A DNA stretch of 64,000 bases from Sphingomonas sp. 28-66-16 (GCA_002281485.1 NCGF01000020.1:24862-88861); one strand, 5' to 3'; positions 1 through 11,142 are shown, counted from the stretch's first letter. The notes: a model not told the origin generated them from the letters alone. Numbers and translations: made by a program.

Positions 1-362
1 GGCACCAGCCGCGCCGCCGCGAGCACGCCGAGACAGGTGCCCAGCGCCCCCAGCGCAAAGGCGCCGAGCATCGGCGCGCCGGCGCGCCGCAGCGCCTTCA
101 GATTGACCTCGAGCAGGATCAGGAAGATCGATCCGGGCACGACGACGGCGAAGATCGGATCATAGGCCGGCCCGCCGCCGCCGGCCGGCGGGATGATCCT
201 CAAGTTGGTGAGCGCCGCGCCGGCGGCGATGACGATCACCGCCGCGCCGATCCGCCGCCCGATCCCACGCCGCGCGAGCCAGTCGGACAACACCACCGCG
301 ATCATCAGGATCGTGACGATCGACAGCGTATCGGTGAACAGCGCCGAAGCGGGAAGGATCAT
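1..362 (-). CDS. DUF819-like membrane protein (5' part; runs off window start)
   Basis: Manual translation from ATG at 362: MILPASALFTDTLSIVTILMIAVVLSDWLARRG...TNLRIIP...YDPIFAVVVPGSIFLILLEVNLKALRRAGAPMLGAFALGALGT; hydrophobic helices with a DUF819-like pattern. Confidence 0.7.
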   Translation of the reverse strand, partial: MILPASALFTDTLSIVTILMIAVVLSDWLARRGIGRRIGAAVIVIAAGAALTNLRIIPPAGGGGPAYDPIFAVVVPGSIFLILLEVNLKALRRAGAPMLGAFALGALGTCLGVLAAARLV

Positions 363-441
363 CGGGCGGAACGGGGTCGATACGCGTGCATAGCCGATGC
401 TAGCGCGCCATCGCGCCCTCGCAAGCACCGATTGCGCCAAA

Positions 442-518
442 TGGTCGGGAAGAGAGGATTCGAACCTCCGGCCCCTGCCTCCCGAAGGCAGTGCTCTACC
501 AGGCTGAGCTACTCCCCG
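442..518 (-). tRNA. tRNA-Pro(CGG)
   Basis: Reverse complement CGGGGAGTAGCTCAGCCTGGTAGAGCACTGCCTTCGGGAGGCAGGGGCCGGAGGTTCGAATCCTCTCTTCCCGACCA; anticodon arm CTGCC-TT-CGG-GA-GGCAG, GTTCGAA T-loop, CCA end. Confidence 0.97.
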
Positions 519-567
519 ACGGAGTCCGGCAGCGGCAATGCCCGCGCCGGTTGCGCTTGGAGGCGCG

Positions 568-596
568 CCTATACCGATGGCGGCGCGGGCGCGCAA
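568..596 (-). promoter_or_regulatory. Putative sigma70 promoter of tRNA-Pro
   Basis: TTGCGC-N17-TATAGG on the minus strand about 50 nt upstream of the tRNA. Confidence 0.5.
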
Positions 597-648
597 GCGT
601 CTGGATGCGGCGCCCGACGTCGCGCCCGCGCGCGCCGCGCGGAAAGGC

Positions 649-1671
649 TCAGCCCGGCAGGCCGCCCTTGCGCCATTTGGTCCATAGATGCCGCGCCAGC
701 ATCAGCGGCGGCATGCGCAGCCAGTGCGCGCGGGCATAGAAGCCCAGCCGGGTCAGCGGCCGAGCCGGCCTGCCCCAGCCATCGCGCGCGACAAGGCGAC
801 GGAGGTAGAGCCGATCGACCGCCGACGACGCCCGCGCTTCGCCAAAGAGCGCCGCGCTCAACCGCACCGCGCGCGCGACTTCGCGCGACAGGCCGTGGTG
901 CGCAGCGCGATCGGCGAGCCCGCCGGTGCCGAATTCCTCGATCAGCCGGTGAACGTCCCACAGATTGCGCATCCCGCCCGCGAGATCGCCGTCAGCGAAC
1001 AGGTGCGCCGCGGCATGGACCAGCATGTCGTTCGGGTTGAGGACATGCAGGCCCTTGTCGAGCGGGATGCTCGCGGCGATCAATCCCGGGGCATCGGGGG
1101 TGATCCGCGCCGTCAGCGGAAGGATCGTGTGGTGGACGTCGATCATCCGGTCGCGGTCGCGGTGGATCAGCGGGGGCAGTTCGTGCATCCAGCGGCGATA
1201 ATAGGCGTCGTCATAGGGATCGGGCTTGACCCATTCCCAGCCCGCCGCGAGCAGCGCCGCCTCGACGTCGTCGATCGCGGCCCGCGGCACCAGAATGTCG
1301 AGATCGCCGATCGACCGCCCCACCCCCGCCGCCAATCCGGCCGCGACAAAGGCAGTGCCCTTGAGCAGCACGACCGCGCAGCCAAGCGGCGCGAGCGCCC
1401 GCCGCGCCATCTCCGCCTCCCAAAGCGCGGCGATCCGGCCCTGTTCGGCGGCCGCACGGGCATCGGCGAGGATCCGCGCGGCGGCACCCGGCATCGCCAG
1501 CCCGTCGAGCCGGTACGCGAGCGATCCGATCAGTTGTTCGGCGCGGGCGATCGCCAGCAGCGCCGTCCAGCCGGCCGGATCGAGCGCGGCGCTGCCCGCC
1601 GGATCGCGCAGGATATCGGCGAGCAGCCAGCCATCGGCGACGCGGCCCGGCCGCGTCACAGCGCGCGCCAC
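649..1671 (-). CDS. Nucleotidyltransferase family protein (NTP_transf_5-like; HprK-rel-A system)
   Basis: LLKG...GRSIGDLDILV (DxD metal motif) and IDVHH; overlaps the kinase stop; start may be GTG 1659. Confidence 0.85.
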   Translation of the reverse strand: MARAVTRPGRVADGWLLADILRDPAGSAALDPAGWTALLAIARAEQLIGSLAYRLDGLAMPGAAARILADARAAAEQGRIAALWEAEMARRALAPLGCAVVLLKGTAFVAAGLAAGVGRSIGDLDILVPRAAIDDVEAALLAAGWEWVKPDPYDDAYYRRWMHELPPLIHRDRDRMIDVHHTILPLTARITPDAPGLIAASIPLDKGLHVLNPNDMLVHAAAHLFADGDLAGGMRNLWDVHRLIEEFGTGGLADRAAHHGLSREVARAVRLSAALFGEARASSAVDRLYLRRLVARDGWGRPARPLTRLGFYARAHWLRMPPLMLARHLWTKWRKGGLPG

Positions 1672-2516
1672 AGCCGCTCGACGGTCGCGACCGCCGTCTC
1701 CGTATCGGGATAGTCGATCGCCAGCGCGGGGATGTCGGCAACCAGCCGCGTCAGCGCACCGAAGCCGCGTTCGCCGAGCGCGACATAGTTGGTCGATGCC
1801 TGGGTCAGCCGCACGAACACTTCGCCCGGGCCGACCGGCCGCACCGCCGCCGCCTCTCCGAACCGGGGGAAGAGCAGCAGCGCGGGCGTCGCCGGGCGAT
1901 CCATCGCGGCAATCGCATCGGCGGGGGGAACGAGATGGCGGATGTCACCCTTGGGCGTCCCCGCGAGCAACGGGCCAAAGCGCTGATCGGGCATCGCCGC
2001 CGCGACGACGCCGATCGCGGCGTTCTTCAGGCTGACCAGCCGGGGAAAGGCGTGAAGCAGGCCGGTGACCGGATCGACGAGCGCGAATTCGTCGCCCATC
2101 AGCCGCCAGCCGCGGCGCGACAGAAGCGCGGCGAGCGTCGATTTGCCCGCCCCCGACTCGCCGGTCATGATGAGCGCGCGACCGTCGCGCTCGACCGCCG
2201 AGGCGTGGAGCAGCAGATAGCGCCGCTGGCCGAGCGCCATCTGCAGGTTCATCGCCATTTCGGCGGCGAGCAGGCCCTGCGCGAGCGGCAGCGGTGCCGC
2301 CTCTGGCAGCATGTAATCGCCGCCGATCATCACCGCCGGGCGCAGCCAGCGCCGCCAGGGCCGCGCCGCGAACAGCCGGACGGTGAAATCGGCGATGCCG
2401 TCGTGCGGCGAGGGATAATCGGCATAGAGCGCGCGCAGCGAGTCGATCGGCGCGCGCCAGTCCGATCCGATGCGAAACCCGATCGGGCCGATCCGCAGGG
2501 CATGCTGGTGCCTCAC
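1656..2516 (-). CDS. HprK-related kinase A
   Basis: LHASAV, Walker A GESGAGKST and LMGDEF motifs of HPr-kinase-like P-loop kinases. Confidence 0.88.
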   Translation of the reverse strand: MRHQHALRIGPIGFRIGSDWRAPIDSLRALYADYPSPHDGIADFTVRLFAARPWRRWLRPAVMIGGDYMLPEAAPLPLAQGLLAAEMAMNLQMALGQRRYLLLHASAVERDGRALIMTGESGAGKSTLAALLSRRGWRLMGDEFALVDPVTGLLHAFPRLVSLKNAAIGVVAAAMPDQRFGPLLAGTPKGDIRHLVPPADAIAAMDRPATPALLLFPRFGEAAAVRPVGPGEVFVRLTQASTNYVALGERGFGALTRLVADIPALAIDYPDTETAVATVERLWRAL

Positions 2517-2788
2517 GCGGTCGCCACCAGCCCTGCCGCGATCAGCTCGTCGAGACGCGCGGCGAGCGCCCCGGACGCGCCGGCATCGAGATCGAACCGG
2601 CGCCCGAGCCGATCGAGCAGACCGGCCAGATCAAGCGCGCCCTCGTCGAGTGCGGCGAGAATTTCGGGTGCCGGCGACGCGAGCAGATGCGTGATTCCCG
2701 AGGCCCGGTGGTAGACGAGGACAAGGTCGTCGAGGGTCACCGTCCGGCGTTCGGCGATCGGGACGGCCCGATAATGGATGCTCGGCAC
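2513..2788 (-). CDS. PqqD-family peptide chaperone / RiPP recognition element (HPr-rel-A system)
   Basis: 91 aa; LVLVYHRASGITHLL beta-hairpin plus C-terminal LDELIAAGLV helix typical of the PqqD/RRE fold; 4-nt overlap with the kinase. Confidence 0.85.
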   Translation of the reverse strand: MPSIHYRAVPIAERRTVTLDDLVLVYHRASGITHLLASPAPEILAALDEGALDLAGLLDRLGRRFDLDAGASGALAARLDELIAAGLVATA

Positions 2789-2793
2789 GGCGT

Positions 2794-3213
2794 TCAGCCG
2801 CGGGGCATCTGCAGCGAAGCGAAGCAGGTGAAGCCGCTGGTACCCGACTGGAGCCGGCCGACATATTTGAGATAGGCCCGGCTGCGCTCGGCATCGACGC
2901 CGGGCAACTGCCCGCCCGCCAGCGCGCGCCGCACATCTTCGCCCTTGAACGGCCGGCCCGCCGGCGGAAAGGCGCCGACCGTCCCCGCCGGCACCAGCTT
3001 GCCATCGGCGGCGATGTAGCTTCCCGCGCGCGCGGGATCGGGAATCGGGATTTCGCAGGTCATCACCGATGCCGTCGTCTGCGCCAGCGCCGGCCGGATC
3101 GACACGATCGCGGTCGCCCCGACCGCGCCCAGCAGCAAGGCGCGGCGGCGGGTCGTCCCATCGCTGTCGACCGGCGGATCGGGGGGCATATCGGGGGGCG
3201 TATCGTCACTCAT
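2794..3213 (-). CDS. Hypothetical protein with twin-arginine-like signal; candidate substrate of the HprK-rel system
   Basis: TTRRRALLLG...PALA|Q signal; two Cys (SVMTC, SGFTCFASL); ends 5 nt before the RRE gene. Confidence 0.75.
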   Translation of the reverse strand: MSDDTPPDMPPDPPVDSDGTTRRRALLLGAVGATAIVSIRPALAQTTASVMTCEIPIPDPARAGSYIAADGKLVPAGTVGAFPPAGRPFKGEDVRRALAGGQLPGVDAERSRAYLKYVGRLQSGTSGFTCFASLQMPRG

Positions 3214-3308
3214 GGCCGTTCCATCATCGGCCCCAAGCCCTTTCACAATCGTAAATCGAGCGCAAGGCGGCTCTCGCCCGCCCGATGGCTTTGCGCTAGA
3301 TCGCCTTC

Positions 3309-4595
<1,287 letters not shown>

Positions 4596-4634
4596 TAGCC
4601 GGTCTCAAGGGAAATCCTTCAGGAGGGACAAGCG

Positions 4635-5684
4635 ATGCTACGTCAAGCGGCGATCATTTCGGCGTGTGCGCTGATTTTGTCGGGATGCAACGATCAGGCG
4701 AACGGCGGCGGCGCCGGTTCGCGCAGCCAGATCAAGGTGGTCGGCTCGTCGACGGTCTATCCGTTCACGACGCTGGTGGCCGAGCAGTTCGTCAACAAGA
4801 CGCCGGGCACGGCGACGCCGGTAATCGAATCGACCGGCACCGGCGCCGGCATGAAGCTGTTCTGCGCGGGCGTCGGCGCCCAGCATCCCGATATCGAGGA
4901 CGCCTCGCGCCGGATGACCGCCGGCGAATTCCGAACCTGCAGCGACAATGGCGTCGATCGCATCATGGAAATCCAGATCGGCATCGACGGCATCGCCTTC
5001 GCCGAATCGAACAATGGCCCGAAACTCCAATTGTCGCCGGTGGACATCTATCTGGCGCTGGCCGCCAACCCGCGCGGCGCGAAGAACAGCACCAAGACCT
5101 GGAAGGACGTCAACCCCGGCCTGCCGGCGATTCCGATCCAGGTCTACGGCCCGCCATCGACCAGCGGCACGCGCGACGCGCTCGCCGAACTGATCCTCGC
5201 GCGCGGGTGTGCGGCGATCTATCCGGACAGCCTCAAGCTCAAGGACAAGAACCCCGACGCCTATGCCGCCGCCTGCACCCGCATTCGCGACGACGGCCCC
5301 TATGTCGATGCCGGCGAGAACGACAATCTGATCGTCCAGAAGATGGCGTCCAACCCCAATGCGATCGGCGTGTTCGGCTATAGCTATCTCGAAGAGAACA
5401 AGGCGACGATCAACGGCATTCCCATCTCGGGGGTCGAGCCGACCTATGAAACGATCGCCCGTGGCAGCTATCCCGGCGCCCGCCCGCTCTATCTCTATGT
5501 GAAGAAGGCCCATCTGACGGCGATCCCGGGCCTGCAGAAATTTCTTGCCGAATATGCGGCCTCGTGGGGCCCCGACGGTCCGCTGGTGAAGCGTGGGCTG
5601 ATCGCGGCGCCGCAGGCGATCCGTGAGGCCTCTGCCAAGATCATCGAGAATGGCACGACGCTTGACGGCAGCGCGCTGAAATGA
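4635..5684 (+). CDS. pstS: Phosphate ABC transporter substrate-binding lipoprotein
   Basis: AGGAGG RBS, lipobox LSGC, VGSSTVYPF, STGTGAG, PPSTSGTRD. Confidence 0.93.
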   Translation: MLRQAAIISACALILSGCNDQANGGGAGSRSQIKVVGSSTVYPFTTLVAEQFVNKTPGTATPVIESTGTGAGMKLFCAGVGAQHPDIEDASRRMTAGEFRTCSDNGVDRIMEIQIGIDGIAFAESNNGPKLQLSPVDIYLALAANPRGAKNSTKTWKDVNPGLPAIPIQVYGPPSTSGTRDALAELILARGCAAIYPDSLKLKDKNPDAYAAACTRIRDDGPYVDAGENDNLIVQKMASNPNAIGVFGYSYLEENKATINGIPISGVEPTYETIARGSYPGARPLYLYVKKAHLTAIPGLQKFLAEYAASWGPDGPLVKRGLIAAPQAIREASAKIIENGTTLDGSALK

Positions 5685-5748
5685 CCTGCAGCGGGGGGGT
5701 GCCGCCGGCGCCTCCCCGTTTGCCAACAAGAATTGAAGAACCAACACC

Positions 5749-7125
5749 TTGTCCATGCTCGCGCTTCTGTTTCTGGTGGGCGGTCTCGGCCTGATCGGCT
5801 GGCTGACCGCGCGGGTCCGCGCGGTGGCGTTTCGTCGCGACACCACCCGCCGCTTCAGTTCGCTGCCGTCGCATCATGGCACCTATGTCGCGATGTGGGT
5901 GGTGATCCCCGCATTGTTGTTTCTGCTGGTCTGGTCGTTCGCGACGCCGGGACTGGTGACCGATCAGGTGCTCGCGGCGCCCGCCGCCAGGGCGCTGCCC
6001 GCCCCCGGGTTCGAGCGCGCCGCCATCCTCACCGAGGCGCGCACGCTCGCGGCCGGCCGCGCGCGCGCCGCGTTCAACCCGCTCGCGGTCGAACTGGCGC
6101 CCGCCTATGAAGCGGCGCAGGCGCGCTACGACTGGATCGGATCGATCGTCGCGCTGTTGCTGGCGCTGTCGTGCGGGGCCTATGCCTATACCCGGGTCAA
6201 ACCCGATTTCCGGGCACGGACGCGGATCGAGCGCGTGATGATGCTGCTGCTGCTCGCGGCATCGCTGATCGCGATCCTGACGACACTGGGGATCGTCGGC
6301 TCGCTGTTGTTCGAATCGTGGCGCTTCTTCCAGATGGTGCCCGTCCTCGATTTCCTCACCGGCACCCACTGGAGCCCGCAGATCATCGATTCGCGCGATC
6401 CAGGGGCCGCGCTTGGCGCGGTGCCGCTGTTCTGGGGGACCTTCTTCATCGGCGCCGTGATCGCGATGGCGGTGGCGATCCCGTTCGGCCTGATGAGCGC
6501 CATCTATCTCACCCAATATGCCCGGCCCGACGTGCGGCGCTGGATGAAGCCGATCCTCGAGGTGCTCGCTGGCGTGCCGACCGTCGTCTATGGCTATTTC
6601 GCCGCACTCACGGTGGCGCCGGCGGTGCGCGACCTGGCGGTCTCGATCGGCATCAGCTCGGCGAGTTCGGAGAGCGCGCTGGCGGCGGGCATGGTGATGG
6701 GGGTGATGATCATCCCGTTCGTCTCGTCGATGGCCGACGATTCGATCGCCGCCGTCCCTGCCTCGATGCGCGACGGATCGCTAGCGATGGGGGCGACGCC
6801 GTCCGAGACGATCAGCCGGGTGCTGCTTCCCGCCGCGCTGCCGGGCGTGGTCGGCGGCGTGCTGCTCGCGGTGAGCCGCGCGATCGGCGAAACGATGATC
6901 GTCGTGATGGCCGCCTCGGGGGTCGCGACATTGACGATCAACCCGCTCGCGAGCGCGACCACCGTCACCAAGCAGATCGTCGACCTGCTGACCGGCGAGG
7001 CCGAGTTCGACAGCCCCAAGACGCTCGCGGCGTTCGCGCTCGGCCTGACGCTGTTCGTCGTCACGCTGCTGCTCAACATCGTCGCGTTGACCGTGGTGAA
7101 GCGCTATCGCGAAGCCTATGAATAA
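5749..7125 (+). CDS. pstC: Phosphate ABC transporter permease PstC
   Basis: Multi-TM protein, LAGVPTVVYG, SRAIGETMIV; position in the operon. Confidence 0.93.
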   Translation: MSMLALLFLVGGLGLIGWLTARVRAVAFRRDTTRRFSSLPSHHGTYVAMWVVIPALLFLLVWSFATPGLVTDQVLAAPAARALPAPGFERAAILTEARTLAAGRARAAFNPLAVELAPAYEAAQARYDWIGSIVALLLALSCGAYAYTRVKPDFRARTRIERVMMLLLLAASLIAILTTLGIVGSLLFESWRFFQMVPVLDFLTGTHWSPQIIDSRDPGAALGAVPLFWGTFFIGAVIAMAVAIPFGLMSAIYLTQYARPDVRRWMKPILEVLAGVPTVVYGYFAALTVAPAVRDLAVSIGISSASSESALAAGMVMGVMIIPFVSSMADDSIAAVPASMRDGSLAMGATPSETISRVLLPAALPGVVGGVLLAVSRAIGETMIVVMAASGVATLTINPLASATTVTKQIVDLLTGEAEFDSPKTLAAFALGLTLFVVTLLLNIVALTVVKRYREAYE

Positions 7126-8410
7126 CCGCCCCGCTCCTGCCGCCGGCAGCCCGGCCCCCGCCGATCGCGCGCCGACCGACTGGCGTGCCGCCGCGATGCA
7201 GCGGCGCATCCGCCGCCGCTATGCCGCCGAACAGCGTTTCCGGCTGCTCGGCCTCGCCGCCGTGGTGATGTCGGCCGGGTTTCTCGCGTTCCTGATGATC
7301 ACCATGCTCGGCAACGGATTGCGCGGCTTTTCGCAGACCGAGATCACCCTGCCGATCGATTTCCCGCGTGCCGGGCTGACGCTCGATCCCGCCCGGCTGC
7401 AGGGCAAAGGCGCCGATCTGGCGCTCGCCGGCGCCGGGCTCGCCAATGCCACCAAGGCGGCGGCGATCGCCGCCTTCGGCCCCGACGGCGACGCGCTGCT
7501 TTCTGACGGCGCGTGGCTGCGCGTGCGCGACCGGATCAAGGCCGACCCCAGCCTGCTCGAGGGACGCGCGATGATCGACGTGCCGGCGGCGACCGCGATC
7601 GACATCGCCGCCAAGGGCGAAGGCACCCCGCAAGCCGAGGCGAGCGTCGCCCGGCTGCGCGCCGCCGGCCTGATCGAGACCCGTTTCAATCTGGGCTTTC
7701 TCACCGGCGCCGATTCAACGGATCCGACGAGCGTCGGCATCTGGGGAGCCCTCAAGGGATCGTTGTTCACCATGGCGGTGACGCTGCTGCTGGCCTTCCC
7801 GATCGGCGTCCTGTCGGCACTGTATCTCGAAGAATATGCGCCGCGGAACCGGTTCACCGATCTGATCGAGGTATCGATCAACAATCTCGCGGCGGTGCCG
7901 TCGATCATCTTCGGGCTGCTCGGGCTGGCGGTGTTCCTCAACACGCTCCACTTTCCCCGCTCGGCGCCGCTGGTGGGCGGGCTGACGCTGGCGCTGATGA
8001 CGATGCCGGTGATCGTGATAGCCGGGCGCAACGCGATCAAATCGGTGCCGCCATCGATCCGCGATGCCGCGCTCGGCGTCGGCGCGAGCCCGATTCAGGT
8101 GGTCTTTCATCACGTCCTGCCGCTCGCCCTGCCCGGCATCCTTACCGGCACGATCATCGGCATGGCCCGTGCGCTCGGCGAGACCGCGCCGCTGCTGATG
8201 ATCGGGATGCGCGCCTTCATCGCCTCGCCGCCCGACCGGCTGACCGATCCGGCGACCGTCCTGCCCGTCCAGATCTTCCTCTGGTCGGACGAAGTCAGCC
8301 GGGGCTTCATCGAGAAGACCAGCGCCGCGATCATCGTGCTGCTGGTGTTCCTCCTCGCGATGAACGGCTTCGCCATCTATCTTCGCAACAAATTCGAGAC
8401 CCGCTGGTAA
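7118..8410 (+). CDS. pstA: Phosphate ABC transporter permease PstA
   Basis: [21 protein letters not shown]; overlaps pstC. Confidence 0.93.
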   Translation: MNNRPAPAAGSPAPADRAPTDWRAAAMQRRIRRRYAAEQRFRLLGLAAVVMSAGFLAFLMITMLGNGLRGFSQTEITLPIDFPRAGLTLDPARLQGKGADLALAGAGLANATKAAAIAAFGPDGDALLSDGAWLRVRDRIKADPSLLEGRAMIDVPAATAIDIAAKGEGTPQAEASVARLRAAGLIETRFNLGFLTGADSTDPTSVGIWGALKGSLFTMAVTLLLAFPIGVLSALYLEEYAPRNRFTDLIEVSINNLAAVPSIIFGLLGLAVFLNTLHFPRSAPLVGGLTLALMTMPVIVIAGRNAIKSVPPSIRDAALGVGASPIQVVFHHVLPLALPGILTGTIIGMARALGETAPLLMIGMRAFIASPPDRLTDPATVLPVQIFLWSDEVSRGFIEKTSAAIIVLLVFLLAMNGFAIYLRNKFETRW

Positions 8411-9210
8411 TGATCGATCGCGTTTCCCCTCCTTCAGCCGTCGGCGGGCCGCGCGGCCCCAAGATGACCGCGCACCATGTGAACGTGTTCTATGGACAGA
8501 ATCAGGCGATCAACGACGTCTCGATCGATGTCGACATGGACCATGTCACCGCGTTCATCGGCCCGTCGGGCTGTGGCAAATCGACCTTTCTGCGCACGCT
8601 CAACCGGATGAACGACACGATCGCGAGCGCGCGCGTGACTGGCGACATTCGGCTCGACGGCGAGGACATCTATGCCGCCGAGATGGACGTGGTCCAGCTG
8701 CGCGCACGCGTCGGCATGGTGTTTCAAAAGCCCAATCCCTTTCCCAAATCGATCTACGAGAATGTCGCCTATGGGCCGCGCATCCACGGCCTCGCCTCGT
8801 CCAAGGCGCAGCTCGACGTCGTTGTCGAGCAATCGCTTCGCCGGGCGGGCCTGTGGGAGGAGGTCAAGGACCGGCTGACCGACAGCGGCACGGCCCTGTC
8901 GGGCGGGCAGCAACAGCGACTGTGCATCGCCCGTGCGATCGCGGTCGACCCCGAGGTGATCCTGATGGACGAGCCCTGTTCGGCGCTCGATCCGATCGCG
9001 ACGGCCAAGATCGAGGAGCTGATTCACGAGCTCAAGGGGCGTTACGCGATCGTGATCGTTACCCACAACATGCAGCAGGCGGCGCGCGTCTCGCAGCGGA
9101 CGGCGTTTTTCCATCTCGGCCAGCTGATCGAATATGGCGCGACGTCCGACATCTTCACGAACCCGCGGATGGAGCGCACCAAGGATTACATCACCGGCCG
9201 TTACGGCTGA
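8410..9210 (+). CDS. pstB: Phosphate ABC transporter ATP-binding protein
   Basis: [43 protein letters not shown]; ATG 8410 coupled to the pstA stop (TAATG). Confidence 0.95.
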   Translation: MIDRVSPPSAVGGPRGPKMTAHHVNVFYGQNQAINDVSIDVDMDHVTAFIGPSGCGKSTFLRTLNRMNDTIASARVTGDIRLDGEDIYAAEMDVVQLRARVGMVFQKPNPFPKSIYENVAYGPRIHGLASSKAQLDVVVEQSLRRAGLWEEVKDRLTDSGTALSGGQQQRLCIARAIAVDPEVILMDEPCSALDPIATAKIEELIHELKGRYAIVIVTHNMQQAARVSQRTAFFHLGQLIEYGATSDIFTNPRMERTKDYITGRYG

Positions 9211-9232
9211 ACGATCTGAATCGAGGACGATA

Positions 9233-9919
9233 GTGGTTGAGCATACCGTCAAGGCATTTGACGACGACATCGGCGAGTTGCGCGGCCTGATCGCCCAGAT
9301 GGGCGGGCTGGCCGAGCAGGCGGTCGGCGCCTCGATGGTGGCGCTGAAGCGCCATGATCTGGCCGCCGCCGAAGAGGTGATCGCCGGCGACAAGCAGATC
9401 GATGCGCTCGAAATGGAAGTGGAAAGGCTTGCGGTGCAGTTGATCGCGCTGCGCGCGCCACTCGCCAATGATCTTCGCGAAGTCGTCGCCGCGCTCAAGA
9501 TCGCCGGCGTGCTCGAGCGGATCGGCGATTATGCCAAGAACATCGCCCGCCGGGTGCCCGCGATCGAGGATCACGGCGATATCGAACCGCTGTCCGTGCT
9601 GCCGGCGATGGCTGCGATGGCCAGCAAGATGGTCCACGACGTGCTCGATGCCTTCGCCGCGCGCGATCCCGACGCCGCGATCCGCGTCTGCGAGAGCGAC
9701 CGTGCGGTCGACGATTTCTACAACAGCCTGTTCCGCGTCCTCGTCACCTACATGATGGAAAATCCGGCCAGCATCGGCCAGGTCGCCCATCTGCTGTTCA
9801 TCGCCAAGAATCTGGAACGCGTGGGCGATCACGCGACCAATGTCGCCGAGATGGTCTATTATGCCGCCACCGGCGTCCACATGGGGGAGCGCGAACGCGG
9901 CGCGACCCCGATCCACTGA
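9233..9919 (+). CDS. phoU: Phosphate signalling protein PhoU
   Basis: EHTVKAFD, LERIGDYAKNIA, LERVGDHATNVAE; GTG start after GAGGA RBS. Confidence 0.93.
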   Translation: MVEHTVKAFDDDIGELRGLIAQMGGLAEQAVGASMVALKRHDLAAAEEVIAGDKQIDALEMEVERLAVQLIALRAPLANDLREVVAALKIAGVLERIGDYAKNIARRVPAIEDHGDIEPLSVLPAMAAMASKMVHDVLDAFAARDPDAAIRVCESDRAVDDFYNSLFRVLVTYMMENPASIGQVAHLLFIAKNLERVGDHATNVAEMVYYAATGVHMGERERGATPIH

Positions 9920-9932
9920 ACGGAGACGACCC

Positions 9933-10625
9933 ATGGCCCGCGCCAAAATGCTGCTGGTTGAAGACGATGCCGCCCTCGCCGAACTGCTGATCTGGCATTT
10001 CAAGCGCGAGGATTTCGACGTTCAACAGACCCCCGATGGCGAGGAGGCGTTGCTGCTCGCCAAAGAGGCGACTCCCGATATCGTCCTGCTCGACTGGATG
10101 GTCGAAGGGCTCTCGGGGATCGAGGTCTGCCGCCGGCTGCGGCGCATGCCCGAAACCGCCAATGTGCCCATCATCATGCTCACCGCGCGCGGCGAGGAGG
10201 AAGATCGCGTGCGCGGGCTCGAAACCGGGGCCGACGATTACGTCACCAAGCCTTTCTCGCCGCGCGAACTCGTCGCGCGGGTCGGCGCCGTGCTCCGCCG
10301 GGTGCGGCCGGCGCTGGCAGGCGAACAGCTGACCTATGCCGATATCGAGATGGACACCGTCGGCCACAAGGTCCGCCGTTCGGGCGAGGTGGTGCCGCTC
10401 GGGCCGACCGAATTCCGGCTGCTCAAGCATTTCCTCGAACATCCCGGCTGGGTGTTTTCGCGCGAGCGGTTGCTCGACGCCGTCTGGGGGCATGATTCGG
10501 ACATCGAGAGCCGCACCGTCGACGTCCATATCCGGCGGCTGCGCAAGGCCATCAACAACGGCGATCGCCCCGACATCATCCGCACCGTGCGATCGGCGGG
10601 CTATTCGCTCGATTCGGGAAATTAG
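9933..10625 (+). CDS. phoB: Phosphate regulon response regulator PhoB
   Basis: Receiver (VEDD, LLDWM, KPF) plus OmpR wHTH (RTVDVHIRRLRK, IRTVRSAGY). Confidence 0.95.
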   Translation: MARAKMLLVEDDAALAELLIWHFKREDFDVQQTPDGEEALLLAKEATPDIVLLDWMVEGLSGIEVCRRLRRMPETANVPIIMLTARGEEEDRVRGLETGADDYVTKPFSPRELVARVGAVLRRVRPALAGEQLTYADIEMDTVGHKVRRSGEVVPLGPTEFRLLKHFLEHPGWVFSRERLLDAVWGHDSDIESRTVDVHIRRLRKAINNGDRPDIIRTVRSAGYSLDSGN

Positions 10626-10719
10626 CCAAGGTGATCGATTCGTAACGGACCCGTTCTCCAAGTGACGCGTTTGATTGGTGCCACCCACGCGAACGCGGTG
10701 GTTGCAAAGGAGATCAACG

Positions 10720-11016
10720 ATGCGGTTCATCATTCTGGCGGCGGCCGCCGCCGCAATCGCCAGCCCCGCGCTGGCCCAGTCATCATCCTCGACCGGCATG
10801 GATCAATCGATGCAGGCGCCGTCAGGCGATCCGATCGGTGGCTATCAGCCCGCGCACCCCGCCCTGAGCGGCCCCGTCACGCCGGGAACGCGCATCATCT
10901 ACCAACAGGCGCCGTCGCCCGATCAGGCGTATCCGGCACCGCCCCCGCTCGACCATTATCCGATCTGCAAGCGCGGGCAATATGACCATTGCCGCGATCC
11001 CAACAGCCCGAAATGA
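10720..11016 (+). CDS. Small secreted hypothetical protein
   Basis: AAGGAG RBS; signal peptide MRFIILAAAAAAIASPALA|Q; Pro-rich; C-terminal YPICKRGQYDHC. Confidence 0.75.
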   Translation: MRFIILAAAAAAIASPALAQSSSSTGMDQSMQAPSGDPIGGYQPAHPALSGPVTPGTRIIYQQAPSPDQAYPAPPPLDHYPICKRGQYDHCRDPNSPK

Positions 11017-11142
11017 TCGCATGACGGGCGCCGGCGCAAACCGTCCGGTGCCCGCCGGCTGCGCCCCTGATTGCCGGCCGCCTTTCCTGTTCGCCGCTGA
11101 TCGCCTAGGGAGTCGGCTCCACTTCACGGGAGCTTCCACGAG

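Noticed and set aside
649-3213. Lasso peptide cluster
   Set aside because: No asparagine-synthetase-like cyclase, B2 peptidase or short lasso-type precursor nearby
7513-8409. N-terminal extensions of pstB (565 aa), MFS (708 aa), phoB, ahpC and others in the ORF track
   Set aside because: They overlap neighbouring genes; downstream starts with RBS or translational coupling match family lengths
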